A DNA stretch of 64,000 bases, taken from Trichoplax adhaerens (taxonomy: Eukaryota; Animalia; Placozoa). Below the pieces are notes generated by a model. That model made no database searches. It was not told the origin of the DNA and was given only the letters and a program-made list of their open reading frames with translations. The stretch spans positions 7,111,855 through 7,175,854 of the forward strand of contig NW_002060946.1 in the NCBI RefSeq assembly GCF_000150275.1, read 5' to 3'. Of this stretch, positions 1 through 12,318 are shown in pieces. Numbering within the stretch: position 1 is the first letter of the stretch; each line of letters begins with the position of its first letter. Both the position numbers and the translations under genes were made by a program.

Positions 1-290
1 TATTTCTATTTCGAAATAACAGCCATTAATAAGCAAAATGAAACAATTTAAATAGTTTTAGTGTCTTTTTCAGACGGTAAAGTTTTCATTTGGTTGCTTA
101 TATGCTGAAAACTAATATTTATGTTATCTAGGCCGCAAGCGCTCTAAGCACTCAAAATAGAATAAAATACCGAGATACCGCTGAACTTAAACTACACTGG
201 ATGTATAGCACATGGTTAATATATGTAGAATAAAGTATAATGTCTAACTAAGTGGTTAAGTAAGATGAATTAATTAGTACTGTAATATAG

Positions 291-640
291 TTATAAATTT
301 TCATATAGGCTCATTTTCATAAGTCATGAATGAATGTCACTACCGCTATATTTCCTATGTGTTAATAAAACGAATCCTATAGACCAGAGAAATTATACCG
401 AAACCTATGCACTGAAAGAATATTTCTGTCATTCCATTATAGCGCTACTAAAATAAAAGAATTAGTAATACTTTATAAATTTTCACATACGGTTGCTTTC
501 AGCGCTCATGAATGAAAGTCAAATAAATATCGCTACTAACTTATTTTTTATGTACTGATAAAATCAACGCTATAGAATAAAAGAATTATACTATAATCTC
601 AATATGGAAAGAAAAGCATCTTCAATCCTTTATTGTACTA
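291..640. repeat. Degenerate tandem duplication, ~180 bp period, 2 copies (about 291-450 and 472-640)
   Basis: Both copies run ttataaattttca..ata.gg...tttca...tcatgaatgaa.gtca...ctataga...aattatac...gaaagaa. Confidence 0.6.
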
Positions 641-831
641 TATAGCATAATTTAATAGCTTTAATATACCCTCACAAAGGCTAGATTTTATTCTTTCTAA
701 ATGTCCAAAAATATCCAGAAGATTATTTCGCATAGCATATTTAAGCTTTGAGGGTTTTATTCTATTTTCATGTTATAGAAATAGTAGTAACGTAAATTAC
801 CATTAAAAGTCCTTAATCCTATGAAATTTAC

Positions 832-1251
832 CGATTTGACATAGGACATTAATTTCATCCAGACAGTGTGTTAATATAAAGTTCCAGAACCCATTTTTAT
901 ATTCCATTGCTGCACAATGGTGAGACGGTGGGAAGGATTGCAGATCATACCAGTAGGTAATATTGCTAAAACGCTCTTTGTCGACAACCCATCTCCAGCC
1001 ATCATCTGGGTCAGAATTTGTTAATCGAGCTCCAATCCAATAAGTAAATTCCTCTTGTAAGTATAAAGAGGAAGCATGAAATTTTTCTGGACTATCCAAC
1101 TTTGCTAGATCACCTCCAATATCAAGACACTCATTTCTAGCTTTCGGAAAGTTGAAAATTTCATCTAAATGTGGTCCATAGCATAAAGATTCGTAAAAGG
1201 TAAAGTTTTCGGGACAGACCATATTCGTATTATTTAAGACTGGCGTTTGAG
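832..1251 (-). CDS. C-type lectin domain exon (phase 1-1) of a gene continuing past the left edge; probably a paralogous CTLD adhesion GPCR or other lectin
   Basis: ORF 803-1222 has CTLD hallmarks (CPENF..CY, ARNEC, GGDLAK, YWIGAR, WRW, HCAAM, W....C, VLCQ). Acceptor ttaatgcAG precedes 1251; donor CAAATCG|GTAAAT follows 832. Same phase and similar length as the CTLD exon at 24377-24793. Confidence 0.85.
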
Positions 1252-1391
1252 CTGCATTAACGAAACAGGAAAAATGACCTTAAATGTTCTCCCTAACATA
1301 GTTTACAAATACCATTACCTATTGCTCCTTTAATCCAAATGGTACTTATACGCTCGTACTTAGTAATTGATTTATAGTAATGAAGAGGTAT

Positions 1392-1689
1392 CTTAATGAT
1401 TCGGGTGTCACAATCGAAATCAAATTGATTTTCAATTTTGTTTAATTTCTATGCTCGTACTTATGATACCTTAGTGATTCGTATGTCATGATCAAATCAA
1501 ATCTATTTTCAACTTTGCCTAATAGCTATACTGGTAATAACAATATCCTAATGATTCGTAAGTCACGATCGAATCAGTTTTCAACTTTACCTAATTGCTA
1601 TACTCATACCCATGATATTTAATGATTCTGATGGCATTGTCAAAATAAATCAATTTTCAACCTTATCTAATTGCTATACTTCTACTTAC
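1392..1689. repeat. Degenerate minisatellite, ~75 bp unit, ~4 copies
   Basis: Recurring unit taatgattcg..gtca.gatc.aa..a...ttttcaact.t.cctaattgctatact starting near 1392, 1470, 1548 and 1620. Confidence 0.75.
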
Positions 1690-2939
1690 ACAGGTATACT
1701 AATAAATAACGTAAAATTAATGCTAATAACTTATATTAATCTAAATTAAAAGCATTAGAATAAAACTAAGTAGCAATAGCAAACTTTTTGCCTTGTTTTT
1801 CTGTATAAGTAATCTAAATTAAGATAGCGTTTACTATTGCCTTGTAATTTTTAAGGACAATCTTAAGATGAAAGCCATCTAACAGGGATAATTCCAAAAA
1901 CTCAGTACTAATAATAAAATCGTCAGTTTTGGAATTTGTATTCAAACCGTGAAAAGATGCGCATGAAGTATAATAAATTAATACATTTGGAAAGAAAAAT
2001 ACTGAACTCGTACAGTCAAATTAGAATGATATTAATAGCATCGAATTATACTTATATTCTTTGCATGGCATACGAAAGATATCCTAAAAATTATCTACAT
2101 ACGGAGCAAGCACTGTTTTCTTTCTACTGTCTAAATACTAATGTAATTAGTAACTAAGAGATTTGCTGTCCTAAAGTATGAATATAAAGGAATATTTATA
2201 TGCTATAATATCTACAAATATGCTGGTGTGGTGGTATACGAATAATTAGCAATTTAATTCACGCAAATTTTGGCAGCAATTGTGTTATTCTATATAAAAA
2301 CGAATCTGAAACTCATAACGGAATAGGATAATCGGTAGACATACTCATCATCTAAGTCTTAAATTGATACTACAATACCCTGAGAATACTTTAAGTAATG
2401 TTGAAATTATACGTACGGTATCCTGTACGTTTTAATCATTTACTGTAATTAAAAGTAATGCGAATTTCTGACTTTTACATGTACCGTAATGAAATAATGT
2501 CATTTTGCAGTTAATTTAGAACAATCTTTTAATCTAATAGTAAAAATTTGCAAATATATAAGTATTACCAATAGATATACATGTATCATTTGCGATAAAT
2601 TATCATGATAGTAATATTAGATGATTGCTAATTACTAAATTAGAAACTATTGGTTACTAACATTTAGCTAGTTATCTGAGTATGTTAAATAGATCCATAT
2701 TATTTGACGTACTATCATTGAGAAGATTGCCTGCACTTTACGGCGGTTGGACAATTATGCGAGGATAATGAGATTTTAAGCTGACTGATTCATACTGTAA
2801 AATATTAATGATCTATACTATAAAATATTGATGATCTATTTGAAAAGTTTCCTATTTGATGACTCGATTCTGATTATAGGCAACTTTGTTGCCCTATATA
2901 GATTAAATGAAATATATTTAAGAAGTGCAGTTATGAGCT

Positions 2940-4540
2940 TGGAAAATAGACTTCACTTCTTTCGAGCTCAGGACACTTTAGATTAAATTCTTGTTTTATT
3001 TGCTATTACTCAACCATTATTAACTTTGCAATGAAAGCTTTTTTAAAATTTCTTCCAGCGTAAGACAATTATTATGTGAGAATTATACTAGATTAGATGG
3101 AATAGCTGTAAATACTTTTATTGCAGTTTGTATTACGAAGATTACTCTTTCTACATATTGCTAATAAATACATGTGTAGAATCTTAAATACGCGCACTAA
3201 CACCACTAAAACAGGTAATGATCGATCTCTAAAGCTATCTATCAATCGTAGAATCCAAAACATGTAATAATTCTAGCAAATTGATCAAATTCAAGTGAAG
3301 TGAAGTAAACGAGATCTTACAAATGGTGTAATATTAATTTTCTAGCCATTTCTAACATCAGTAGAATCTTTTGATATCGCTACTTACTAACGTTTCAGTG
3401 AACTGATCTCCAGTAGTAATGTCATTCTATCTACGACGTTCAATATAGTCAATTTATACTTTACAGCCACTGAACAATGTGACCATGACAAACATTACCC
3501 CATCAGCTCTAGAAGATCATGCTTTATAATTAATCCTGATCTAGATCATATTGTTGTATATGCAATCACTTTACTAACCTAAAAAGGATATTTATACAGT
3601 GTTGAGTACATACCTGTAGTAAAGCCTTCATTCCAAACCCAGTACACACCAATATACTGTAAAATAATTATAAGAGATACAGTTCTCCTCAGAAAAATTA
3701 AATTGGAATAACAGAAAAGGCAGCATCAAGACTATTTCCCTTTATTCTAGTTCAGTTTTATCCTCCAACGGATTCATGTAAACAAATTTATATAAATTCT
3801 AACGATTCTACAAGATTTTACCTTACTAAAGGAATTTAGCAACTGATAGTTTAATTTATAACAAAGGAGTGGTAATCTCGCTAGAGTATAAAATCAATGA
3901 TGAAATCAAATTACAACTGAGTGTCCATTTTAGTATAACTACAGCAGAGGCATCACATCGTATAATATCGATATTTTTACGGTCGCAAAGGACAGATAGA
4001 CCAAGATGACTATCGAAAATTTCTCTAAATTCCGTACTTAGTTGTATATTGAATTTTTGAGCTTGAGTAGCAAAAGTTATCGAATGTATTGACACTAACA
4101 CAGAAGTTTTTAAATTTATAAAAAAATTACTTCCAAAATACCCATGAAAGCTATCCAATCTTCGATTAAGAGTTTACTGTACGCAGTAAAGTTTGTTATA
4201 ACTAAACTAAACTAGATATATAATCATTAGGATTGATCTAGCATAGAAACACTGATCATCATCATTATTAGCGTGGTAATGACGACAAATCATCACAGTA
4301 ACTCAATTGTAGATATGAAAAATAGTTATTGCAAGTTATGAATAAACTAAACATTTATGGTAAGGCAATCTGAACCTTTCTTATAATCATAAATTTTCAG
4401 CAACGATAGTGCATTATTGTAGCTTACCATAATGACGAAATAAAGACGGTTAACCATTTTGAGAGAGAAAGATCTAAAAACTAGAATGGCACTTGAAATT
4501 TGAAGTATTATTATTAAAAATTGACAGTCTGTCAAATGAT
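2940..4540 (-). pseudogene. Possible decayed thioester-protein (A2M/CD109/TEP-like) C-terminal region
   Basis: Stop-interrupted minus-strand translations in the expected order: LNRRLDSFHGYFGSN (cf. TED end, RNxxGGFxST); DASAVVILKWT; INYKA*SSRADGVMFVMVTLFSGCKV*IDYI (cf. receptor-binding domain MAxxEVxLLSGF); IKRF/TDVRNG*KINI; KCPELERSEVY. Matched by eye only. Confidence 0.3.
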
Positions 4541-7500
4541 GCCTGAAATTCTAGCTAAAAAGCCACTTAATTGGTTACTCTTAGCGTAATTGAAAAAAAT
4601 TCTAAACAGCTTTTAATAAGGCAAGATCGATTTTCACCAGAATGATTAATAATATTCCTTGAATATACATTGTCCTAATCAGATTGTATAACAATTATGA
4701 TTGAATAGATTGTTAATTCTAGTTAATTATTTATACCCATTGCCAAATGGAGATCTATTCTTGGTAATATATTTCTTTCTAAAACAGTAACAAAGACGAT
4801 AAATTAATTAAATTTTTATTTGTTTACTGATATGACAGTCTCGACAGATACTAGTTATAATAGAACCTAACAGAGGTCTGTTTAAATCGTTAATTCATAA
4901 ATTCCCTTACACTCATTTTTAACAATAGTTCTTTCTAAATTTTCAGTTTCAAAGACGATTTACTTCAGAAAATTAAGTCAGAAATACAACTTGAGTTCAT
5001 TTGTACAAATATCTTAGAGAGAATATTTGACTTTTTGAGCGATCAGCATCACTGTAACTAGCTTAGCAAATCTAGATATTTGCTAGTCCACACGTGTGAT
5101 AAGCATGACCTAGTAAAAATGCTATAACACTATTATTTTATCCTTTATTGGGATTTCCTAATTTTTCTCCATTTAAATGAAACAATTGATTGATGGTTAA
5201 ATGGAAACTTTGTCCTGGGTTATTACTATTTAATTGTCACAAAACAGCTATGCAACAAGATAACGTAATGTACGATTAATAAGTCATTTCCTTGAACCAT
5301 GTATCAAGGAACGATATCTGTACTATCAGAAACACTTTTGCTGTACTAGCAGACTACACAAAGACTTAAACGTCTCGTATTTTACCTTTAACACTAAGTT
5401 TGAGAATCGGCTTTATTACATGATATATAGAACTGCATTTATATGCTCTTCCTCAATAGTTCATGAGTCATAATTAGTACGATTAACTTTGGAATCATTT
5501 TCTGAATTAGATATTAATTTTAGCTACTGCTCCCTTAATGCAGACAACAGTATTTACGAACATAGACATCTGATGACTAATACAGAATAGTCAGATTACG
5601 ATATGTCCTATCACGGAATATTTCCTCGATAATTTACAATCTACCATGAGTAAGTTACAATCACAATGATTCGAACTGTAAGTAGATGATTTGCATTCCT
5701 TATTATAACTATTAATTTCAGTATGTGTACATGTTTCACTGTCATAAAAAGTCAGAGCTATATTAAAACACAGTATATCCAAATTAGAAGTTAACTAAAT
5801 AAGGATAGGCTAACAGAATTATCCTAACATAGATATCTCTACTCTAATACAGTATATAACACTGTCACATTAATATTATACATATAAGAATGAATTCATA
5901 ACCTCATGATTACTGAAGGCTGTATAATAAACAAATATTTTCGGAATCATCCAGTTGGTAGATTAATAAAAATCTAAGCTAAAATTTTATATGATCAGAT
6001 AGAAGTATAGATTTTATTCTATAGCTTCAGATGTCGCAGTACAGCGATAATAATATTACTCTAGTTTTTCATTAGCAATTTTAGGACTCATATTATTACT
6101 ATTGAATGGAAAGAGTGGTTAAATAAAGGATAAGCAAGGTAAAATAAAATTAATAACGAAATGAAAACTTTCATCCAACGAAATTCGTATTTGTTTACAT
6201 GATCAATAATTAATTACCGTAAATTTAATATTGACAATTAAAAACTTACCTTTCAGTAAGCACAGCAATTTTACCAAAGGTTATTCATTATTGTAACTGA
6301 ATAATTAATACTATATTTCTATGTGATCTAATTCAGTCATTTGATAGGGAGCTGCTAGTAATTCAATAATTAGCCTTCAGTAAGGATAATAATAATACCA
6401 AATTCTATTCGATATTATGACTGATTAATTAAAATTATATTTTTATGTGGTCTAATGCATTTATTTGATAGGACCCATCATAAAGGTATTTTTGACTATT
6501 CAATATCAATCAATTTATACTAATTTAATTATTAATGTTGATATTTTTAGCGAACGAAAATCAGCTCTTACTTTCTGCATTCTAATTCTATCATAAATTC
6601 TGCCATAAATTTAATTAAAAAGTAAAACTAAACAAAAGCTTGCTTAGATTCTAAAAGCGCTGAAATTTAAAACTAGAACCATCTTAAGCTCACATTCATA
6701 AAATCATCTGATTACTATATACTAAAGTAATGGAAACGGATGAAATTTGGAATAATTTTAATGCTGGAAGGACATTCGCATATGAATTATTTTATTATCA
6801 TCATCATTATGGAAAAAAATTGAAAGCTTCTACCTAAATACATCATAACGTATTATTCTTGTTCAAGTTGATTACATTATCTCTTTCCAATCACAAAAGA
6901 CTTATCTTATATTATCCATATCAAGATTGTTCTGATCAAATTATTGCTGCAATACTTGCAGTATTTTATTCAACAGTCTAATAGGAAACTATCGCTGCTT
7001 AAGATTGGCTACTGTGATAAGTGTGGAGTTATAATGGTGAAGTAATTCATTAAAATCTGGTCAAAGCAGCACTCTACAAAGCGACGATACTACAGCATTA
7101 AAACACCTGCTTCAAACTAATTAATAATATAGGTGCGTGAGTTGACAGCCAATTATTTTTTTTACTACAATTTACGCACATATTTTTCCGATTACAATGT
7201 ATTTACTTGGAAATTTTAGTACTCTCCTATTATACCTTTAAACTCATCCCAAACCAAGTAAATAGCATTGATTATATGTTTAATCGAGGATCAATCGACG
7301 ATAAGAGATTGAATTGATTCTTTTGCGTGGCTAGTTAATTAATTCAATTAACCATTCTTACCTCTATCGAACATATTAATTGTAATTAAATTTCTGTTTC
7401 CATATTTGCGATAGTATCCTATTTATGTAATTATCTTATAGTTGGGCGAGTTTAGTAAGAACTTGGACTATTATTCTCACCAGCTGGTCGATTAATCCCA

Positions 7501-8557
7501 CTCGCGATACTTAGTACTATATATTCTAGCTATTCTTGAACACATATATCTTTATATTTATTGATCTTACAAGGTTCTTTATAGAAAGGGCTCTACCAAA
7601 TAGTCGAATCACAACAACTAACGATGCATAGGCTAACTAACTCATAAAAGATAATGTACTTGATTACGTTAAGAAAAATCTATATGTATAATGATTTACA
7701 TGACGGTATTTCAAAGCTAGTCGATAAATTTAAATTAGTCAACTCGACTTATGACATAGATTTTTATTGATATAATGTCAATAAATTATAAGTTTCATCG
7801 ATTTTTAAGATAAAACTACAACAAAACAGATTGCAAGTTATAATTGAATGCAACTAGTACTCTACTATGACTAATCAAATAAAATGTAAATATTATTGGA
7901 ATAATTTGTTTTCGTTCAAAGTCTTTAACTGCTACCTACACCAGATAGATAATATATGAAAGTCATGGAGTAACGTTTACATAATTGTCGTCTCGCAGTC
8001 TCCATAAGATAAATTACCTAAGAATGTGTTAGTATTAATTTATCTACGATGTTTTTCACATTTTAACCAATAACTGCATAGTTGTATAATATCTGCAAAC
8101 TGATAATTAATGTTTATGTAGATTGGCTATAAATTGGGTGATATTTTAATAAAGTTTGGGTTAAGTTAGATCAAAAGAGACTAATAGAAGTACTGTTTCT
8201 TCTGGAGATCGTCAGCATTTAAAATCGTACTGTAGGAACATTTTGAAGAGGACAAACTCGACGGTCGTACCGTAGTTTTAGTTTTTCGTAATAGTTTAAG
8301 TTTACCTCCGTTACAAATCTTCTTTGTAACAAGAAACCGGGTCTTAAACACTATCTTCACTAGTACTTGTGTTCCCAACTAGCTTAGGGACCTATCGTAG
8401 TTGAACTAACTCTCAGCTACACAAAAAACTACTATTGAGTAATAGATTTCAATACTTTACTTTATTTTCGTTAACCTTAGTCGTAAAATGTACTAAAAAA
8501 AAACGTAAGAATATTCTTAGCAATAATAGTCAAAAGATCCTGTAAATGACTAACTGG

Positions 8558-8592
8558 AACTGAGAAGCTAAGCTAGTGCTCCGCTTTTTATA
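8558..8592 (-). promoter_or_regulatory. TATA box plus Initiator core promoter, predicted TSS near 8561
   Basis: Minus strand TATAAAAAG starts at 8592; TCAGTT has its A at 8561, giving the canonical -31 spacing. Confidence 0.45.
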
Positions 8593-8931
8593 GTCTCGCC
8601 GATAGTACACTTGTGAATATTCTTGAAATAGCGGCTTACACTGTACAGTGTACATATCCTAGTATAGCAACTAGAGCCTCAAGGCTCTGCAAATTAATCG
8701 ATCTTACACTTAAGGTGTTATTAGTTAACGTTTACAGACTAAGCGTGTTAGCTCCGACACGTCAACAATATTGAACAAGTACTTATGAATAAACATTAAT
8801 ATCTAATAAGCTACTGGAGCAAACAATAATTTAAATGAGATATTTTAATTAACGTAACAATTAATATTTCGGAGCATGGCTCCGAAACAACCTCGTAACA
8901 AATTACGATTGATAAGAGTATAATACTACGA

Positions 8932-9009
8932 TGTAATGTAGCTAGTATTGTGATTGTAGACTGTTAGCCATGTTTAGTATAATGTACGGTAGATATTTAT
9001 CCTAAGAGA
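8932..9009 (+). repeat. ~78 bp dispersed direct repeat, copy 1
   Basis: tgtaatgta..tagtattgtgattgtagactgttag.catgtttagtataatgtacggtagatatttatccta.gaga is nearly identical to 11782-11860. Confidence 0.9.
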
Positions 9010-9229
9010 TATTTGGTAGCTATAACTATAGACTGTAGTGGTAGAGGCTCTATGCTAGAGTACAGATGACTATATACAGTAAGGTGTTGAGTTACGTTAT
9101 AGGTAAAAATAGAACTGTAAATCATATATTAGGATATGGTTAATTCATTGTACTTTGGCTGGTGTGAGTAATGTCTACGAAGTACTGTAGTCGTATCCAT
9201 ATTGGATTAATGATGGTCCGCAGTAGAAT

Positions 9230-9400
9230 AGTCTTACTAAGAATAATTTAACTATGTGTAATATAAGGTAAAAGGTTGCCATGCGGATTGTAGCTGCGAA
9301 TGCTGCGAAAAGTATAAAAGCATGCAACTTTAGATTATTCTGTTAGTTCGTTGTAGAAGTCTTTAGTAGTAGTATTCGGCTGAAGTAGAGCTGTGTTTAG
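9230..9400 (-). pseudogene. Decayed coding-like segment homologous (inverted) to 32925-33120; possibly TM5-TM6 of an intronless class A GPCR remnant
   Basis: The reverse complement shares agctcta...gaatac.acta.ta...aacga...cagaa...gc.tt.gcagctacaatc...caac.tt.tacc with 32925-33120. Translations are AFAATIRMATFY versus AFAATISITTLY; SYTKI lies just upstream. Confidence 0.35.
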
Positions 9401-10453
9401 TTAATCTTTGTATAAGATTCAACAAAGCCTTATTTTTCTAAAATTTGGAATCTCGTGATTGGTATATATCACATACGGATATAAGATAATTGATTGCATG
9501 ATAGAATGTAACTCAAATAGGTAAAGAAATCTCTTCATTATTCGTGATACTTAAGCTAAACTACAATAAGAAATAAATATCATCGAACATTAATTTTGAC
9601 ACACTTTACCAATATACGTGAATGAAAAGTTATTGATCTTATCGGAATTTGAAACTAATCAATACTCAATGCTATCAAGTCAGTGAAGGAAAAGAGTATT
9701 ATCGAGATTAATTTCTCGTATAGCACAATATTCCATTGATGTAGATTTGACTTATAAATTTCTTACCTTACTCAGTAATATCAAGTAAAATCAGTAAAAT
9801 AAAAGAATAGCATCGAAATTTTTTTCATTTATAATACAATATTCTTTTGAAGTAGATATAACTTATAAATTCTTGCACTAATAGTGACTTTACAACAAAA
9901 TTAATTGACTTGAACAGATCCTGTTGTAAGTATTCCTTTTATACTCTATATTTTACAAAAAAAATTAATGCTGCTAAAGAGAGTACGAAGAGTGATTCCG
10001 ATACTATAAGCCACATTTTTAAATACATCTATTTGAATTTCTTATAGTAGTCAAGATCTTAAACAAGTTCAGTTCAGGAAGTGAATCCTATTAAAAGCAG
10101 TTCTTAGTATTCATTAATACTCAATTTAAATCAGTGGGGAAGTTCTTGTAGTGAGATTTAAAACCTAAAGTGGAATAGCTGAAGAAACTAATATTTAACC
10201 AATATAACTCCAATTATTCTCTATTTGATGTTATTATTACGCAATTTATCGAATTACTACTTTGCAATTATTTGCTACGAAATACTTTTAAATAAAATCC
10301 AAGAAGGAATTGCATACTGCTGGAAGCATAATCGTTATTGTAGGATATTCTATTTAACTAGTTGAACAAGTATTTGTAGCCCTTGTAGTATACCAAGCAT
10401 TGAAGGTAATTCATAGGTTGAATTATTAAAGACAAAGAAAGCCTTCCATAAGA

Positions 10454-11409
10454 TCACAGTTCAAACACGATAGAAGCCTCATCTTTATCTGGTATTTCGT
10501 TAATATTAATATTAGATGCAATTAATCTTGTCGGCGTATTCTGTCTTGGTGAGGAATCAGTACTCGTTAGAGTTACTAAGTTGCTTGTTTCAGTTAATAC
10601 GCGCTAATTAAAACAAGAATTGAGCAATTTTTAATAGTTTCAGCATAATCCAAGGACATAGCTAGAACGAAACTGCTGATATACCTAGCAGTCAACGTTT
10701 AATATGTATGGTATATTTGTAATATCTATCCTAAACTAAAAGCTGATAAATATGATACAAGTACGCCAGTAATGTCTCTGCTATGGCGCTATTTGACCTA
10801 TAGTTATGTCTCTATACTTTAGCTTCTTGGATATCTGACACCTTCGTTATGGCTATGATAGAAATAGCTATAGCAGATTACTGTAGATCTAATTAGAACG
10901 ATCTTCGAAAATATAGGACTTGATATAATTACCGTTCGTATCAAAGGTCCAGAGTAACCACTCGCTGTAAGAAATAAAGAAATATTTCAAAATAAATCAT
11001 TAACGTAGAATGATTATAATTGGTAAACTGACAAATAACACTGAGACATATGTTTTAATTACTAACATTTGCGATATTTAATATTACCATGCAATTTTAT
11101 AAATTCGACTTTAAATCAGATCTATTTTTAGTCCAGATCATTAGTATCGTCTGTTTAACATTTACTCGATATCATAGCATAACCAAATCAGCAAAATAAA
11201 ATGTTCTTCCTTGTGAGAGACATTTATCGATGATATTACGCTGATTTTATCGACTAAAAGATCAAGTTCCGCATATATCAGTAACTTTCTAGTTAAAATC
11301 TCACACTACTCTTACGAGTATCAAATGCGTTGGTAGAACACGAATCATCTTCTTTTCCAGAATTGTTTGGCTTTTGACTCGATGTCACTCCGCTTGTCAA
11401 TTTCACAGG
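10454..11409 (-). CDS. Duplicated adhesion-GPCR cytoplasmic tail exons B2-B4 (11409-11316, 10964-10933, 10603-10454); alternative C-terminus or remnant of a paralog
   Basis: B2 PVKLTSGVTSSQKPNNSGKEDDSCSTNAFDT resembles [31 protein letters not shown]3 PSGYSGPLIRT resembles [13 protein letters not shown]4 ...RLIASNININEIPDKDEASIVFEL* resembles ...[16 protein letters not shown]. All are open, AG/GT-flanked and have the same phases (0-1, 1-0, 0-stop) as copy A. Confidence 0.75.
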
Positions 11410-11624
11410 CTGTTATTGAATTTTAGATGCACATTTCATCAGTTTGATAGATTAAATAGATCGATTTCAATAAATAGACGCTTTCAAGGTTTCAATTAGG
11501 TTAATTTCTATTAGTAGTATATGTTAACAAAGCAGTGCTTCTCTAAATTTACTTTTTTCACTATAGAATAAGCAAAAAGAATTGGAAATAGCTTAAGGTT
11601 TAAAAAGTCATTAATCAGATTTAC

Positions 11625-11710
11625 TTTTAATGCTGTTGAAAAGTCTCTATGTACTTTATACTGCTTGTCAATCCATAGCGATCAGTTAATCGCCTTAACG
11701 CAGTTCGGAC
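11625..11710 (-). pseudogene. Frameshifted duplicate (B1) of the receptor helix-8 exon
   Basis: Reads VRTALRRLTDRYGLTS then, after a frame change, [11 protein letters not shown]|GT. The paralogous exon 14754-14674 reads [27 protein letters not shown]. Length is 86 versus 81 nt; the in-frame reading stops at TAA. Confidence 0.8.
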
Positions 11711-11781
11711 CTAGTGATAGTTTTAAGGTATCATAAGCTATGCTAGTATGATAGCATAATCTAAATACAGTTCTATAGAAT

Positions 11782-11860
11782 TGTAATGTAACATAGTATT
11801 GTGATTGTAGACTGTTAGTCATGTTTAGTATAATGTACGGTAGATATTTATCCTAGGAGA
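11782..11860 (+). repeat. ~78 bp dispersed direct repeat, copy 2
   Basis: Near-identical to 8932-9009; lies ~70 nt upstream (minus strand) of duplicated tail exon B1. Confidence 0.9.
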
Positions 11861-12032
11861 AAGCTTATTGCGTTTAATTTTCTTCATTCTGTGATTTTGA
11901 CTAATATTCAAATCAGAATATTCATTTCAATGACATCGGAGCAAATAATTTAAGTATGCATATGCAACATTGCTATAAAATTTGAAAACTTTTAATATTG
12001 AATCTCACTTAATTAAATAATTAACAAAACTA

Positions 12033-12318
12033 GTTGGCAGCAATAGAACTTGATAAGATTCGATTATCGTCCATGTAATGAAAAATTAACGACAAACAAA
12101 TGTAGTCAGCATATCAGTGTTCTAGTCAAAAGGGTTATATCAGCAACATTTTAGAAGAAGTATATTGATTTAATTCTTCACTTGAGCCAAATTTAACCAA
12201 ATTCTTAGAACTATTTCAACCGCTGTAAATTAATCAAGATATATTACGATAAAATGGGTCATTAATTTTTCATTACATGGACGATAATCGAATCTTATCA
12301 AGTTCTATTGCTGCCAAC
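12033..12318. mobile_element. 286 bp MITE-like or foldback element with ~60 bp near-perfect terminal inverted repeats
   Basis: gttggcagcaatagaacttgataagattcgattatcgtccatgtaatgaaaaattaacgac (12033-12093) matches the reverse complement of 12258-12318 except for one substitution and possibly one homopolymer indel. No ORF and no clear target-site duplication. Confidence 0.6.

Noticed and set aside
1392-1689. Regularly spaced repeats resembling a CRISPR array
   Set aside because: Eukaryotic DNA; whole units are homologous with no unique spacers and no cas genes.
8181-8378. 65-aa ORF as a third copy of the receptor tail
   Set aside because: No shared motifs with tails A or B; reading from the nearby acceptor hits stops.
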